The notes: generated from the sequence alone by a model not told the origin. DNA of 64,000 nt from Nitrospirota bacterium (GCA_963751455.1 CAVVUN010000009.1:382889-446888), one strand, 5' to 3'; positions 10,490-21,307 are shown, counted from the first letter of the stretch. Numbers and translations are program-made.

Positions 10490-11551
10490 ATGATAACTAT
10501 TGATATAGCAATACCAGTTCTTGATGAAGAAGCATATTTGCAAGGCTGTCTTGACTCAGTGCTTGATTTTGATCTGCCAAAAAATGTTAGCACTGCTATT
10601 TATGTTCTTGATGGTGGTTCAGCCGATAAAACTCTGGAAATTGCTCATGACTACGCTCTCCGCCATAACAATATTATTGTGATGGACAATCCTGGCCGAA
10701 TTCAATCATGCGCGCTGAATATCGTTATTCGAAAAGGCAGAGGGGATTACATTCTAAGGCTGGATGCCCATTCTTTCTATCCGCCTAATTATCTACGTCT
10801 TTGCTTAGAGACCGCGAAGCGGACTGGGGCGGACAATGTTGGGGGGCTGTTCATTACTAAACCGGGTGGTTCCGGATTTGAAGCACGATTAGTGCAGGCC
10901 CTGACAACGCATCGTTTTGGCGTTGGAAATTCCGAATTTCGTTTGGACGCACAAGAGAAACCTGCTGATACAGTCCCTTACGGCTTCTTCAAACGAACGA
11001 TTTTTGATCGAATTGGGTTATATGATGAGAGACTTGTGCGTGCTCAGGATTATGAAATCAACCGGCGCATTATCGCGGCAGGCGGAACGGTATGGCTTAA
11101 CCCTCAAATTGAGGTTTATTACCACAATCAGCCTACTTTGATCAAATTTTATAAAAAACAAATTGTCAAGGAAGCACCATATAATGCATATCTTTGGTGG
11201 GTGGCTCCCTATGCTTTTGCTCCGCGTCATGCAATTACCGGTTTTTTTGCAGCTGGAGTTCTGGGTGGCTTGACATTCGGACCTTTGACCGCATGGATTG
11301 AGTTGCCGTTTCTGGCTGTGATGGCTCTTTACGGGCTGTTGGCTGCAATTTCGGCGGTTCAACAAGCAATTCGTTATCGATCGTTTCTCCATGCTCTGCT
11401 ATTGCCTGCCTGTTTTTTCCTATACCACTTCTTGCACGGTATAGGTGTCCTTTACGGTTTGCTTCGACTGGTGACACGAACCGCGCCGGTGCAAAAGACT
11501 AAAGAACCCTGGCTTGGTGCCGGTCGCTATAGGCCATGGCCATTTGCGTAA
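10490..11551 (+). CDS. Glycosyltransferase family 2 (ExoA-like)
   Basis: DGGSAD, RLDAHS, DTVPYG, QDYEIN.RI motifs; C-terminal TM helices. Confidence 0.88.
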   Translation: MITIDIAIPVLDEEAYLQGCLDSVLDFDLPKNVSTAIYVLDGGSADKTLEIAHDYALRHNNIIVMDNPGRIQSCALNIVIRKGRGDYILRLDAHSFYPPNYLRLCLETAKRTGADNVGGLFITKPGGSGFEARLVQALTTHRFGVGNSEFRLDAQEKPADTVPYGFFKRTIFDRIGLYDERLVRAQDYEINRRIIAAGGTVWLNPQIEVYYHNQPTLIKFYKKQIVKEAPYNAYLWWVAPYAFAPRHAITGFFAAGVLGGLTFGPLTAWIELPFLAVMALYGLLAAISAVQQAIRYRSFLHALLLPACFFLYHFLHGIGVLYGLLRLVTRTAPVQKTKEPWLGAGRYRPWPFA

Positions 11552-11576
11552 TAAAACTTATAAAAATTAATAATTC

Positions 11577-11800
11577 ATGGAGATTTATACATAAAAACGC
11601 AAATCGTTCCATCCCTCTTCAATTATCCCGCACTATTTGCTGAGAAGGAGCAGGATTATCTGGAGTTTTGATGGACATCTGCCGCCGAGGTACGTATATC
11701 CTGCAAGGATATATCATAGTTTGAAAAGAATCTGGTTGCGTAAATGGGTGTTAAAAATGCCTTTGGCCTTGCTAATGGCACAGACGCCATTTGGCTAGAG
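11577..11800 (+). pseudogene. Decayed 5' fragment of a DegT/DnrJ aminotransferase
   Basis: Pieces IPLFNYPALF, FEKNL and MGVKNAFGLANGTDAIWL in shifting frames with stops parallel the N-terminus of the intact gene downstream (VPFFNYPFLF...FEQHL...AIGVANATDAL). Confidence 0.75.
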
Positions 11801-11826
11801 TTAAATGGCCGTAGGAAGGAGATTTT

Positions 11827-12543
11827 ATGTCCGATAATGCTATTGTGGACGCGCAAGTACGGACGAAAGAGATTTACAACATTTACTACGCAAATAAATC
11901 CCAGGACCGAAACGATCTTCTGCTGAATCCGGAAGTGATGTTTCAATCTCTGGCTGTTCGACGCGCCTGGATTGAATCTCTGCGCGGTGTTTCCAGGGAA
12001 GTTCGCATACTTGATATAGGTGGAGGAGCGGGCAGCGAACTGGCACTTCTGCTTGAATTGGGTTTCCCTGCTGAACAACTTGCGATGGTCGACATTATTC
12101 CAGAACGGATTGAAGCTGCTAAACGTCGATTTCCAATTCAGGATATCCGATGTGAAGATGCACAGCATCTCACTTGGCCGGATGGCGCTTTTGACGTGGT
12201 GATGGAGGGCACCATCTTTCTCCAAATCACAGACGACCGATTGGCAAAAAATATTGCCAGGGAGATGTTACGCGTCTTACGACCTGGCGGTATTTTGCTC
12301 CTGGCCGATTGGCGTTATGATGGAGGACGCGAAGGGCTGTTGGCGGTTGACAGAAATCGAGTCAGGAGGCTATTCGCTATTAACCAAGGGCACTGTAGAC
12401 TTGAGAAGGTCGTAAATAGTGCACTCATTCCGCCGTTAGGGAGATTCCTTTCTTCGAAGTTACCCTCCCTATATTTTCTCGTGCAGAAAATTGTTCCGTT
12501 TTCGGTTGGGCATGTCATTTATGTATTAAGAAAAAGTCTGTGA
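11827..12543 (+). CDS. Class I SAM-dependent methyltransferase
   Basis: ILDIGGGAG motif I, FDVV, RVLRPGG. Confidence 0.85.
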   Translation: MSDNAIVDAQVRTKEIYNIYYANKSQDRNDLLLNPEVMFQSLAVRRAWIESLRGVSREVRILDIGGGAGSELALLLELGFPAEQLAMVDIIPERIEAAKRRFPIQDIRCEDAQHLTWPDGAFDVVMEGTIFLQITDDRLAKNIAREMLRVLRPGGILLLADWRYDGGREGLLAVDRNRVRRLFAINQGHCRLEKVVNSALIPPLGRFLSSKLPSLYFLVQKIVPFSVGHVIYVLRKSL

Positions 12544-12684
12544 GAAATAATTTAAAGGAGAGAATATTCTTATTAATCCTCGCATCAAATTTTTGAGAAC
12601 AGCGCTTGATAAAATAGATTTGATTCATGATGATGATGAATGGCTTGCAGAAGTGTAGAAACGTAATAAGCTTCTGGGTGTTCG

Positions 12685-13860
12685 ATGCCGAAAAGCCAAC
12701 CTATAAAATATTTCTCAATCGAGGAGACGCTTATGCCTACAAGTCAAAAAATGAAGTCTGTTCCATTTTTCAATTATCCTTTTCTTTTTGATTCTCAGAA
12801 GGAACAATTTTTAAGTGTTTTTCAAGACGTAGGGGCGCGTGGTGCCTTTATTACTCAGAAGGATCTGTCGGATTTCGAGCAGCATCTAGCAGAATTCAGT
12901 GGGGCTCGATACGCGATCGGCGTTGCCAATGCCACAGATGCCTTGGAAATGCTTGTAGACGCGGCTGGCATTGGTGCTGGAGACGAGGTAATTTTCTGTT
13001 CTCATACCATGCTGGCTACAGCCTCCGCCATTCAAATGAACGGGGCAGTCCCGGTGCCGGTTGAGGCAGGTGCAGATCATTTGATAGACCCTCTGTCTGT
13101 TGAGCAGGCTATTACTTCCAGAACAAAGGCTATCATGCCAACCCAACTCAATGGCCGTACTTGTAATATGGATGCAATATTAGAAATTGCTAATAAACAT
13201 AGGTTATTAGTTTTAGAGGATTCTGCACAAGCGCTTGGTTCCCGCTTTAAGGGACGTCATGCAGGCACCTTTGGGGTCGGCGGCTGTATTAGCTTTTATC
13301 CCGCAAAAGTATTAGGCTGTCTTGGTGACGGCGGTGCTGTTCTGTGCAATGACCAGAAGATTTATGAGAAAATTCGTCTCATGCGGGATCATGGTAGAAA
13401 CCCTCAGACAGGAGATGTTGAGCTCTGGGGCAGGAATAGCCGGCTGGACAATCTACAGGCGGCGTTTCTTGATATTCAATTTAAAAGTTATCAGAACGTA
13501 ATTGACCGTCGAAGAGCAATCGCATCACTTTATCAGAAACGTCTTCGGGATCTGGAACAAGTGATACTGCCGCCGGCTCCAGATAGTGATCCCGATCATT
13601 TCGATATTTATCAGAATTATGAAATTGAGGCTGAACGGCGCGATAAGTTAAAAAAATATCTTGCCGATAAAGGGGTAGGCACATTGATACAATGGGGCGG
13701 CAAGTCTGTCCATCAGTTTCAGAAGTTAGGTTTTAACAAGTCTCTCCCATACACTGAAAGACTGTTCGAGCGAATGCTCATGTTGCCGCTCAACATGTCG
13801 TTGTCTGATGACGATGTTCATTATGTAGGTGATTGTATCATTCGTTTTTACCAAAAATAA
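12685..13860 (+). CDS. DegT/DnrJ/EryC1/StrS PLP-dependent sugar aminotransferase
   Basis: EDSAQALG, SFYPAKVLG (PLP Lys), GDGGA, NSRLD; true start may be 12733 or 12751. Confidence 0.92.
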   Translation: MPKSQPIKYFSIEETLMPTSQKMKSVPFFNYPFLFDSQKEQFLSVFQDVGARGAFITQKDLSDFEQHLAEFSGARYAIGVANATDALEMLVDAAGIGAGDEVIFCSHTMLATASAIQMNGAVPVPVEAGADHLIDPLSVEQAITSRTKAIMPTQLNGRTCNMDAILEIANKHRLLVLEDSAQALGSRFKGRHAGTFGVGGCISFYPAKVLGCLGDGGAVLCNDQKIYEKIRLMRDHGRNPQTGDVELWGRNSRLDNLQAAFLDIQFKSYQNVIDRRRAIASLYQKRLRDLEQVILPPAPDSDPDHFDIYQNYEIEAERRDKLKKYLADKGVGTLIQWGGKSVHQFQKLGFNKSLPYTERLFERMLMLPLNMSLSDDDVHYVGDCIIRFYQK

Positions 13861-13952
13861 CAGTTAAATAAATTCGATTACTCGTAAAACAGCATAGCAG
13901 AGGAAATTTATATAAGTCAGGCATTGCAATCTAATTCAACTTATAGGACAAT

Positions 13953-14762
13953 ATGAATACAAAAGAACTAGCAAAAAAAATTAGGATCCACGCTTTAAAA
14001 ATGACCAGTTGCGGCGGAAGTTCCCATATCGGAGCTGCGCTAAGCATGGCTGATATTCTGGCGGTACTTTATGGCGGGATACTGAAAGTAAATCCTGCTG
14101 AGCCCCGGAGCCCCCAAAGGGATCGTTTTATCCTCAGCAAAGGGCACGGCGGCGCCGCTGTTTATGCGGCGCTCGCTGAAACCGGCTTTTTCCCACTCGA
14201 AAAGCTTGCAACACATTACCAAAATGGCTCTGATTTAAGTGGCCATGTCAGCCATAAAGGTATCCCCGGAGTTGAATTATCGACCGGCAGTTTGGGCCAT
14301 GGTCTCGGTGTTGGAGTAGGTATGGCGTTGGGAGCCAAGAAGGACAAACAAGATCATCGCGTAGTCGTATTACTATCAGATGGCGAATGCGATGAGGGGG
14401 CAAACTGGGAAGCTATTATGTTTGCCGGTCATCACAAATTGGACAATATGATTGCAATAATTGACTACAACAAATCTCAGGCTTTAGGCTCTGTTGCAGA
14501 AGTACTCGATCTGGAGCCTTTCGCCCAAAAATGGTCAGCATTTGGATGGGCTGTCCACGAAGTAGACGGCCATGATCACCAACAATTAGCTGCCGTATTA
14601 TCTAATATGCCAGCGAAGCAGGGTTTGCCAACAGTAATTATTGCTCATACTATTAAAGGCAAAGGTGTCTCTTTTATGGAAAAGGACAAGGTCCTATGGC
14701 ATTATCGATGCGCTAAAGGAAAAGAATTTGATTCAGCACTTAAAGAATTGGAGGCTTGTTGA
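13953..14762 (+). CDS. Transketolase, N-terminal TPP-binding subunit
   Basis: RDRFILSKGH, STGSLGHG, SDGECDEG TPP motif, TIKGKG. Confidence 0.92.
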   Translation: MNTKELAKKIRIHALKMTSCGGSSHIGAALSMADILAVLYGGILKVNPAEPRSPQRDRFILSKGHGGAAVYAALAETGFFPLEKLATHYQNGSDLSGHVSHKGIPGVELSTGSLGHGLGVGVGMALGAKKDKQDHRVVVLLSDGECDEGANWEAIMFAGHHKLDNMIAIIDYNKSQALGSVAEVLDLEPFAQKWSAFGWAVHEVDGHDHQQLAAVLSNMPAKQGLPTVIIAHTIKGKGVSFMEKDKVLWHYRCAKGKEFDSALKELEAC

Positions 14763-14768
14763 TACTAT

Positions 14769-15704
14769 ATGCGAGATCGTTTTATTAAAAGACTTTCCGA
14801 GCTGGCAGAAAGAAACTCGCGTATTACCCTGGTTACCGGTGATCTGGGTTTTGGTGTGCTGGACGATTTTCGAAGTCGTTTTCCTGATCAGTTTATTAAT
14901 GCTGGGGTTGCAGAACAGAATATGACTAGCCTTGCAACAGGCCTGGCAATGGAAGGCAGAATTGTCTTTACTTATTCTATTGCTAATTTTACAACATTGC
15001 GGTGTCTAGAGCAAATTCGTAATGATGCCTGCTATCATAACGCAAATGTCAAGATTGTCTCTATCGGTGGCGGTTTTAGTTATGGGCAACTTGGCATTTC
15101 TCATCATGCCACAGAAGATTTGGCGATTATGCGGAGTCTACCCGATATTTCAGTTGTCTCTCCATGCGGACTTTGGGAAGCAACGGAGGCAACAGAAGCA
15201 ATTGTTATGCAGCCAGGGACATGTTATTTGCGTCTTGATAAAACGTTTGGAAAAGATAGTCCCGTGTATGAAGGAGAAACTTTTAACATAGGCAAGGCAC
15301 GAGTACTGCGAGAAGGAGTGGATTGTACGATTATTGTAACTGGCGGAATTTTAGCTGAGGTTTGGCTGGCTTCTGAATTATTAAGCAAAAAAGGAATTAA
15401 CTCTGGAATTATCAGTGTTCATTCTTTGAAGCCATTTGACACAGAAACTATTATTCACGCTTGCCGGAATACCAGAAATATTATCACTGTAGAAGAACAC
15501 ACTCTTTATGGTGGGCTTGGTAGTGCGGTTGCCGAGGCTATGCTCGACAAAGGCATACTACCGAACAAATTTTTGCGTATAGGTTTAAATTCTGGTTTTT
15601 CTAGCATTGTTGGGTCGCAGGAATATTTAAGAAAACAATATAGTCTTGATAGCCACTCAATAAGTGAGCGGATTCAACTTATTTTAAGAAATGGCAGGTG
15701 TTGA
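14769..15704 (+). CDS. Transketolase, C-terminal subunit
   Basis: GVAEQN, EQIRND, SHHATED, TVEEH...GGLGSAV. Confidence 0.92.
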   Translation: MRDRFIKRLSELAERNSRITLVTGDLGFGVLDDFRSRFPDQFINAGVAEQNMTSLATGLAMEGRIVFTYSIANFTTLRCLEQIRNDACYHNANVKIVSIGGGFSYGQLGISHHATEDLAIMRSLPDISVVSPCGLWEATEATEAIVMQPGTCYLRLDKTFGKDSPVYEGETFNIGKARVLREGVDCTIIVTGGILAEVWLASELLSKKGINSGIISVHSLKPFDTETIIHACRNTRNIITVEEHTLYGGLGSAVAEAMLDKGILPNKFLRIGLNSGFSSIVGSQEYLRKQYSLDSHSISERIQLILRNGRC

Positions 15705-16464
15705 CTTTATGAAAACTTTCATGAAACGTTTTTTTGATATAACTGGGTCATTGGTTGGGTTATTGATCATGTCGCCTGTTTTACTACCCGTAATGATTCT
15801 TATCTGGTTGCAAGATTTTCATCATCCTTTTTATATTGCAGACCGTGTGGGTAAAGACCGAAAACCATTCAAGATGGTTAAGTTGCGTTCAATGATTGTC
15901 GGTGCTGATAAAAGCGGGGTTGACTCTACAGCGGGAGGAGACAAAAGAATTACAAAAGTTGGACATTTTGTTAGAAAATACAAATTAGATGAATTCACAC
16001 AACTTTGGAATGTTTTTTGGGGCCAGATGAGCTTAGTGGGACCTCGACCAAATGTCCCAAGAGACGTAAATTTATATACCAAGGAAGAGCTGCACCTGCT
16101 TGACGTCCGGCCTGGTATAACTGATTTTTCTTCGATCGTTTTTTCAGATGAGGGAGACATTCTTGCCGGCAGTGACGACCCGGATCTGAAATATAATCAG
16201 GTTATTCGTCCATGGAAGAGTCGACTCGGCCTTTTTTACGTTGAGAAACATAATTTTATATTGGACATTCGTTTAATTATATTGACTATAATAGCAATTA
16301 TTTCCAGGCAGCAAGCTCTTTTAGGTGTGCGAAAAATGTTGGAGCGTCTCAAGGCGGATCCACAATTAATTACAGTCGCAAGGCGTGAGCAAGTTCTACA
16401 AGCTTTCCCACCACCAGGTTCCGACAAAATCGTTGTAAGCAGAATGACCCAAATAACACCATAA
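15691..16464 (+). CDS. Bacterial sugar transferase (PglC/WcaJ-type phosphoglycosyl transferase)
   Basis: KRFFD, KLRSM, RKYKLDE, MSLVGPRP, RPGIT motifs; start may be 15709 or 15721. Confidence 0.9.
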   Translation: MAGVDFMKTFMKRFFDITGSLVGLLIMSPVLLPVMILIWLQDFHHPFYIADRVGKDRKPFKMVKLRSMIVGADKSGVDSTAGGDKRITKVGHFVRKYKLDEFTQLWNVFWGQMSLVGPRPNVPRDVNLYTKEELHLLDVRPGITDFSSIVFSDEGDILAGSDDPDLKYNQVIRPWKSRLGLFYVEKHNFILDIRLIILTIIAIISRQQALLGVRKMLERLKADPQLITVARREQVLQAFPPPGSDKIVVSRMTQITP

Positions 16465-16785
16465 TTTCTACATAAAATGAAAACTAACAGTCGCGAGTTG
16501 TTGAAACGACGCTTACTTAATGAGGCTTGACGCACTACCTGATTTTTATCTATGACGTTGAATGAACTGCAAAACGTCTGCATGTGAATAATACCTTTAC
16601 ATTAGCTGGACCGCTGATATAATACCTACCGTATTTTATCCTTCTTGGTCAATGCTTTGTTGTCTATAGTTGGAAATACCCTAAAAATACCCTGTCAAGG
16701 CTATTTACATCTTTCACGAAACCTAGTAATATATGTAACTTAAGTTCAATATTCAATTATTTCAATTACATGAAATTCATGGTTA

Positions 16786-18849
16786 TTGGCCACAAAAGAT
16801 AGACGAAGGAGTGCCCTTATGTTACATAACCGGTTAAAACAATATATGGTCTTCATCTGCGATGCTGTTCTCATATCAGTATCGATTTTTTTATCTTACG
16901 CTCTCCGCTTCAGTACTCTGCGACTCGATCCTCATATAGGGCAAATACTGGTTCTCATTCCCTTGGTACTTCTTGTCAGGCTGTCTATTTTTTGGTTAAA
17001 CGGGCTTTATAACGGGATGTGGCGTTTTGTAAGTACAAGCGACCTTATCTCTATCATACGGGCGGTTTCCCTGAGCACCCTCATCTATGTGTGTATCCTG
17101 TTTCTATTTCAGGCGGCACATGAATATCCTCGTTCTCTTTTTATTATCGACTGGTTCGTTATGATCGTCCTCATCGGCGGAAGTCGTTTTACCTACCGGC
17201 TGTACAGGTCGGGTTTTTACGACATGGTCCTTAACGGTCGGCCTAAAGAGTCGAGAGAGGCTAAAAAAGTTCTCATCGTGGGCGCAGGCAGGGCAGGGGA
17301 GATCATCCTCCGGGAAATACTCGGAAACTACCAATTGAAATACAGCCCTGTCGGTTTTGTTGATGATAACAGATCAAAACGTAATCAGACCATTCACGGC
17401 TACCCGGTGCTGGGAAATAGCCGGGACATACCGAATATAGCAAAAACAATGAATGTGGATAAGGTCTTTATCGCAACTCCCTCTGCCTCGCCCAAGGCCA
17501 AAAGAAGGATCATGCTGACCTGTAAAAGCGCAGGACTGAAAGTGAAGACCCTTCCCGGCGTCGGCGAACTGCTCAATGGCACCGTCAAGGTAAGCGCTCT
17601 TCGTGATTTTCAAATTGAGGACCTTCTCGGCAGACAACCCGTCAAGCTCGATATGGCTTCCATCAGGGACTATCTGCGCGACAAGACAGTTATGATCACC
17701 GGCGCCGGCGGGTCGATCGGGTCGGAACTATGTCGCCAGGTGGCCCATTTCAAGCCGAAGCGCCTTGTTCTGTTTGAACGCTCGGAGTTCAATCTCTACC
17801 AGATCGAAATGAACCTCCTGGAGCTGTTCCCTCAGCTCGAAACCTGCGCGGTCATCGGCGATATCTTGAATCAAAAGAGCGTAGAACGCACCCTCGTCAA
17901 ATACATGCCGGAAGTTATTTTCCACGCTGCTGCCTATAAGCACGTTCCTCTCATGGAAATGAACCCGATTGAAGCGTTGAGAAACAATGTGTTCGGGACC
18001 TGGACCATCGCGAATCTTGCCCAGACGTACGGCGTCCGCAAATTCGTTATGGTGTCCACCGATAAAGCGGTTCGTCCCACCAACATTATGGGCGCCAGCA
18101 AACGCATGGCAGAGCTTATCTGCCAGGCATTTTATCGCAACAGTAAAACGCAATTCGTAACCGTTCGGTTCGGCAATGTCCTGAACAGTGTGGGGAGCGT
18201 GATCCCCCTTTTTAAGCGCCAGATAGAAAAAGGCGGGCCGCTGACAGTAACTCATCCGGAAATTTATCGCTATTTTATGACCATTCCAGAGGCGGTTCAG
18301 CTTATCATGCAGGCCGGAGCAATGGGAAAAGGCGGCGAAATATTTATTCTGGACATGGGAGAGGCCATCAAGATCGTAGACCTTGCTCGCGACATGATCA
18401 CCCTTTCGGGTCTCGAACCAGAAAAAGACATCGAGATCGTTTTTACCGGCCTGAGGCCCGGAGAAAAACTGTATGAAGAGCTTTTGACGGAAGGGGAGGA
18501 GATAAAAGAAACTATCCATGAAAAAATAAAAGTGGCCAAAATGGAGGTAGTACAACAAGAGGAGCTGTTTTCCAGGCTCGATAAGCTTCTTTTTCAATTG
18601 CTGAAGAGTGGGTTCACGCAGGATATTGTTAAAAGAATCAAACAGATTGTGCCGGAATACCAGCCTGAAAAAGGAGGACCGAGCATCGAGAACAACGGAT
18701 CAATGCTCAAAAAACACAGTTACGAAGTTTCACGTAGCCCGGAGAGGCTGGAGCAGGATTCACCTGAAACTCGGGTGAATACAATCCCCATCAATAACAT
18801 TGAAATTACATCGCCCCTGCAGAGAGCTGCAGGCAATCTCGATTCTTAA
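16786..18849 (+). CDS. Nucleoside-diphosphate sugar 4,6-dehydratase (CapD/PglF/WbpM family)
   Basis: N-terminal TM helices, GAGRAG, TGAGGSIGSE, HAAAYKHVP, STDKAV, RFGNVL, RPGEKLYEEL. Confidence 0.92.
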   Translation: MATKDRRRSALMLHNRLKQYMVFICDAVLISVSIFLSYALRFSTLRLDPHIGQILVLIPLVLLVRLSIFWLNGLYNGMWRFVSTSDLISIIRAVSLSTLIYVCILFLFQAAHEYPRSLFIIDWFVMIVLIGGSRFTYRLYRSGFYDMVLNGRPKESREAKKVLIVGAGRAGEIILREILGNYQLKYSPVGFVDDNRSKRNQTIHGYPVLGNSRDIPNIAKTMNVDKVFIATPSASPKAKRRIMLTCKSAGLKVKTLPGVGELLNGTVKVSALRDFQIEDLLGRQPVKLDMASIRDYLRDKTVMITGAGGSIGSELCRQVAHFKPKRLVLFERSEFNLYQIEMNLLELFPQLETCAVIGDILNQKSVERTLVKYMPEVIFHAAAYKHVPLMEMNPIEALRNNVFGTWTIANLAQTYGVRKFVMVSTDKAVRPTNIMGASKRMAELICQAFYRNSKTQFVTVRFGNVLNSVGSVIPLFKRQIEKGGPLTVTHPEIYRYFMTIPEAVQLIMQAGAMGKGGEIFILDMGEAIKIVDLARDMITLSGLEPEKDIEIVFTGLRPGEKLYEELLTEGEEIKETIHEKIKVAKMEVVQQEELFSRLDKLLFQLLKSGFTQDIVKRIKQIVPEYQPEKGGPSIENNGSMLKKHSYEVSRSPERLEQDSPETRVNTIPINNIEITSPLQRAAGNLDS

Positions 18850-19003
18850 GAGAATATATCGTTGGCAGCAACCTTAAGAATAATTTAAAATCATTGATTT
18901 TCCAGCGAATGTCTGTTATACTTCCTCATTCTTTTTCAGTAATAATCGCAGCCCAAACTCTTAAATCGAAAGTATTAAGTATTTTTCGGAGGAATTTTAC
19001 GCA

Positions 19004-21307
19004 GTGAAACGAATTTTTTGCGGCTTTCTCTTTGCGATATTGATATCCCCATCAGCAGTTCTTGCCCAATCTCTGCAAAATCTAAATCTCCAAGGCATTA
19101 ATCCTCAGGCTGCTTCGGAAAATATTGTTCAGGAAATGCAAAAAACCGATTCCGATGCGGCGCAAGAATTCGAAGCTGCTACGAAGCGGGGCGATTATGC
19201 TGCGGCAAGAAAAATCTACGAAGACTTTAAAAGCAGGCAAGGGCTAGCCTCAACGCTTGATTCACGGACCGCCGGAGAGCTCACGCAGGCGATCCAGAGA
19301 GGCGACACGGCTACAGCTCAAAGGATTCTGACAGAACAGCAAAAACAGAAAAAAACCGAGGATACGACCCAAAAGCGCTCGATTTTCGAGCGAACTCTGT
19401 CGGGTAACATGCCAACCGCCGAAATTATGCTGAATGATCTTAGGCAGTTCGGGTATGAGGCATTCATGAAGACGACCGCCACTCTTGTCCCTTCATCGAA
19501 CGCGCCTGTCGGCCCTGACTATATTATCGGCCCGGGGGACCAGTTCACGCTTACCTTGTGGGGAACCACCGAAGGCATTTTTTCTCTTCGCGTCGCCAAA
19601 GAAGGCACAATCACGCTTCCTAAGGTGGGTGTAGTCGCCGTTGCAGGTCTTCGCTACGGAGATCTTGAGAACACCCTTCATCGCCACCTATCGCGCTATT
19701 ACAGCAACTTCAATCTCAGCGTAGCCATGGGAACGCTTAGAACCATTACGGTGTACGTGGTAGGAGAAATCAACTCGCCGGGCAGTTATACGGTCAGTTC
19801 ACTCACTTCCGCATACGGCGCACTGTTTGCCGCCGGCGGGCCAACCAAGAAGGGAACACTCCGTTCAATTCAGGTGCTCCGCGGCGGAAAAGTGATAAAA
19901 ACCCTCGATATTTACGACTTTTTACTTAAGGGTGACCGGAGCCAGGACCTCAGACTGCAGCAGGAAGATACGGTTTTTGTGCCGCTTATCGGCCCAATTG
20001 CTGGAGTTGCAGGTACCGTATACCGGCCGGCTATCTATGAGTTGAAGGGGAATGAGACCATTAACGACCTGCTCAGGACAGCGGGCGGCCTTATGCCGAT
20101 CGGCCTGGCAAGCACGCTCCAGTTGACCCGTTATTCCAATAACGAAAAAAAGGTGATCCTTGATATTAAGGTGCCGGCATCACGCATAGGCGATTCTGGC
20201 GCGGAAGATATGCTCCGCGCAAAGATTCAGAACATGGACGTACTGTCCGTCAGGCCGGTTTATGACCGGGTATGGGAGACCGTCAATCTCCAGGGGGACG
20301 TGCGCAATCCCGGGGATTATCAGTGGAGACAGGACCTGAAATTGAAGGAAATAATATCGGAAGGCCAGTTGTTGCCCACCGCTGATCTCAAAAAAGTCGA
20401 GATTATCCGCCTGACGGATGATTTTAAAGACCGCAAGATTATTCCGGTCAACCTTTCGAAACTCATCGAGGGTGATGAGTCCCTGAATATTCCGCTGATG
20501 CCCAAGGACCAGGTGAGGGTCTATACCTTGTACCGCGAAGTGGAGAAGGTGAGGGTCGACGGAGAGGTGATGAGCCCCGGCGAATATGAAATACAAAAGG
20601 GAGAGCGGCTGAGCGACATCCTGCGCAGGGCCGGCGGGTATACACGCGAGGCATACTCTTATGGGGCGATATTCAAGCGGATAGACGTGAAAAACAGCCA
20701 GGAGAAAAACCTTCAAAATTTTATCACCCGGATGCAGGGTCAGGTCCTACAAACCGCAGCGGGATCGGCAGTACAGGCGATAAGCCCTGAAGAGGCTGCC
20801 GCGTCAAAGGTAGAGCTTGGCTTGAACCAGAGTCTGCTTGAGAACCTCAAGAGCATGAAGGAGCAGTACGAGGGCAGAGTGGCGATCAATATTACGGATA
20901 ACATCGATGAATGGGCCGGAACCAAGGACGACCTGCTTCTCAAAAACGGCGACTCCGTCTTTTTTCCCAAAAGACCGCAGGAAGTTCTGGTTATGGGAGA
21001 AGTCCACAGTCCCAGCGCTCAAGTCTTCGTGCCGGGGCTCAAACTCAAAAATTACATTAACTTGACAGGGGGTTACACGAATCTTGCAGAAGAAGACCAG
21101 GTATACGTGCTGCAGGCGAACGGCTTTGCCTACAGCGGAGACTCACCATCTGTCGGGAAAATAGAAAATGTGAAATTGAACGCGGGTGATACGGTTTTTG
21201 TTCCTCAGAAAATGGAGCGAAACGCAGGACTCAGATTTTTCAAGGACATTATCGATATCATGTTCAAGACCGCGGTTGTACTCGCCACAATAAATGTGTT
21301 GTTTTAA
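19004..21307 (+). CDS. SLBB-domain polysaccharide export protein (Wza/KpsD-like)
   Basis: Signal peptide, DYIIGPGD Poly_export domain, several V.GEV..PG.Y...AGG SLBB repeats. Confidence 0.85.
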   Translation: MKRIFCGFLFAILISPSAVLAQSLQNLNLQGINPQAASENIVQEMQKTDSDAAQEFEAATKRGDYAAARKIYEDFKSRQGLASTLDSRTAGELTQAIQRGDTATAQRILTEQQKQKKTEDTTQKRSIFERTLSGNMPTAEIMLNDLRQFGYEAFMKTTATLVPSSNAPVGPDYIIGPGDQFTLTLWGTTEGIFSLRVAKEGTITLPKVGVVAVAGLRYGDLENTLHRHLSRYYSNFNLSVAMGTLRTITVYVVGEINSPGSYTVSSLTSAYGALFAAGGPTKKGTLRSIQVLRGGKVIKTLDIYDFLLKGDRSQDLRLQQEDTVFVPLIGPIAGVAGTVYRPAIYELKGNETINDLLRTAGGLMPIGLASTLQLTRYSNNEKKVILDIKVPASRIGDSGAEDMLRAKIQNMDVLSVRPVYDRVWETVNLQGDVRNPGDYQWRQDLKLKEIISEGQLLPTADLKKVEIIRLTDDFKDRKIIPVNLSKLIEGDESLNIPLMPKDQVRVYTLYREVEKVRVDGEVMSPGEYEIQKGERLSDILRRAGGYTREAYSYGAIFKRIDVKNSQEKNLQNFITRMQGQVLQTAAGSAVQAISPEEAAASKVELGLNQSLLENLKSMKEQYEGRVAINITDNIDEWAGTKDDLLLKNGDSVFFPKRPQEVLVMGEVHSPSAQVFVPGLKLKNYINLTGGYTNLAEEDQVYVLQANGFAYSGDSPSVGKIENVKLNAGDTVFVPQKMERNAGLRFFKDIIDIMFKTAVVLATINVLF

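Noticed and set aside
12570-12660. Possible cytidylyltransferase C-terminal remnant (IDLIHDDDEWLAEV)
   Set aside because: Too short and weak to support.
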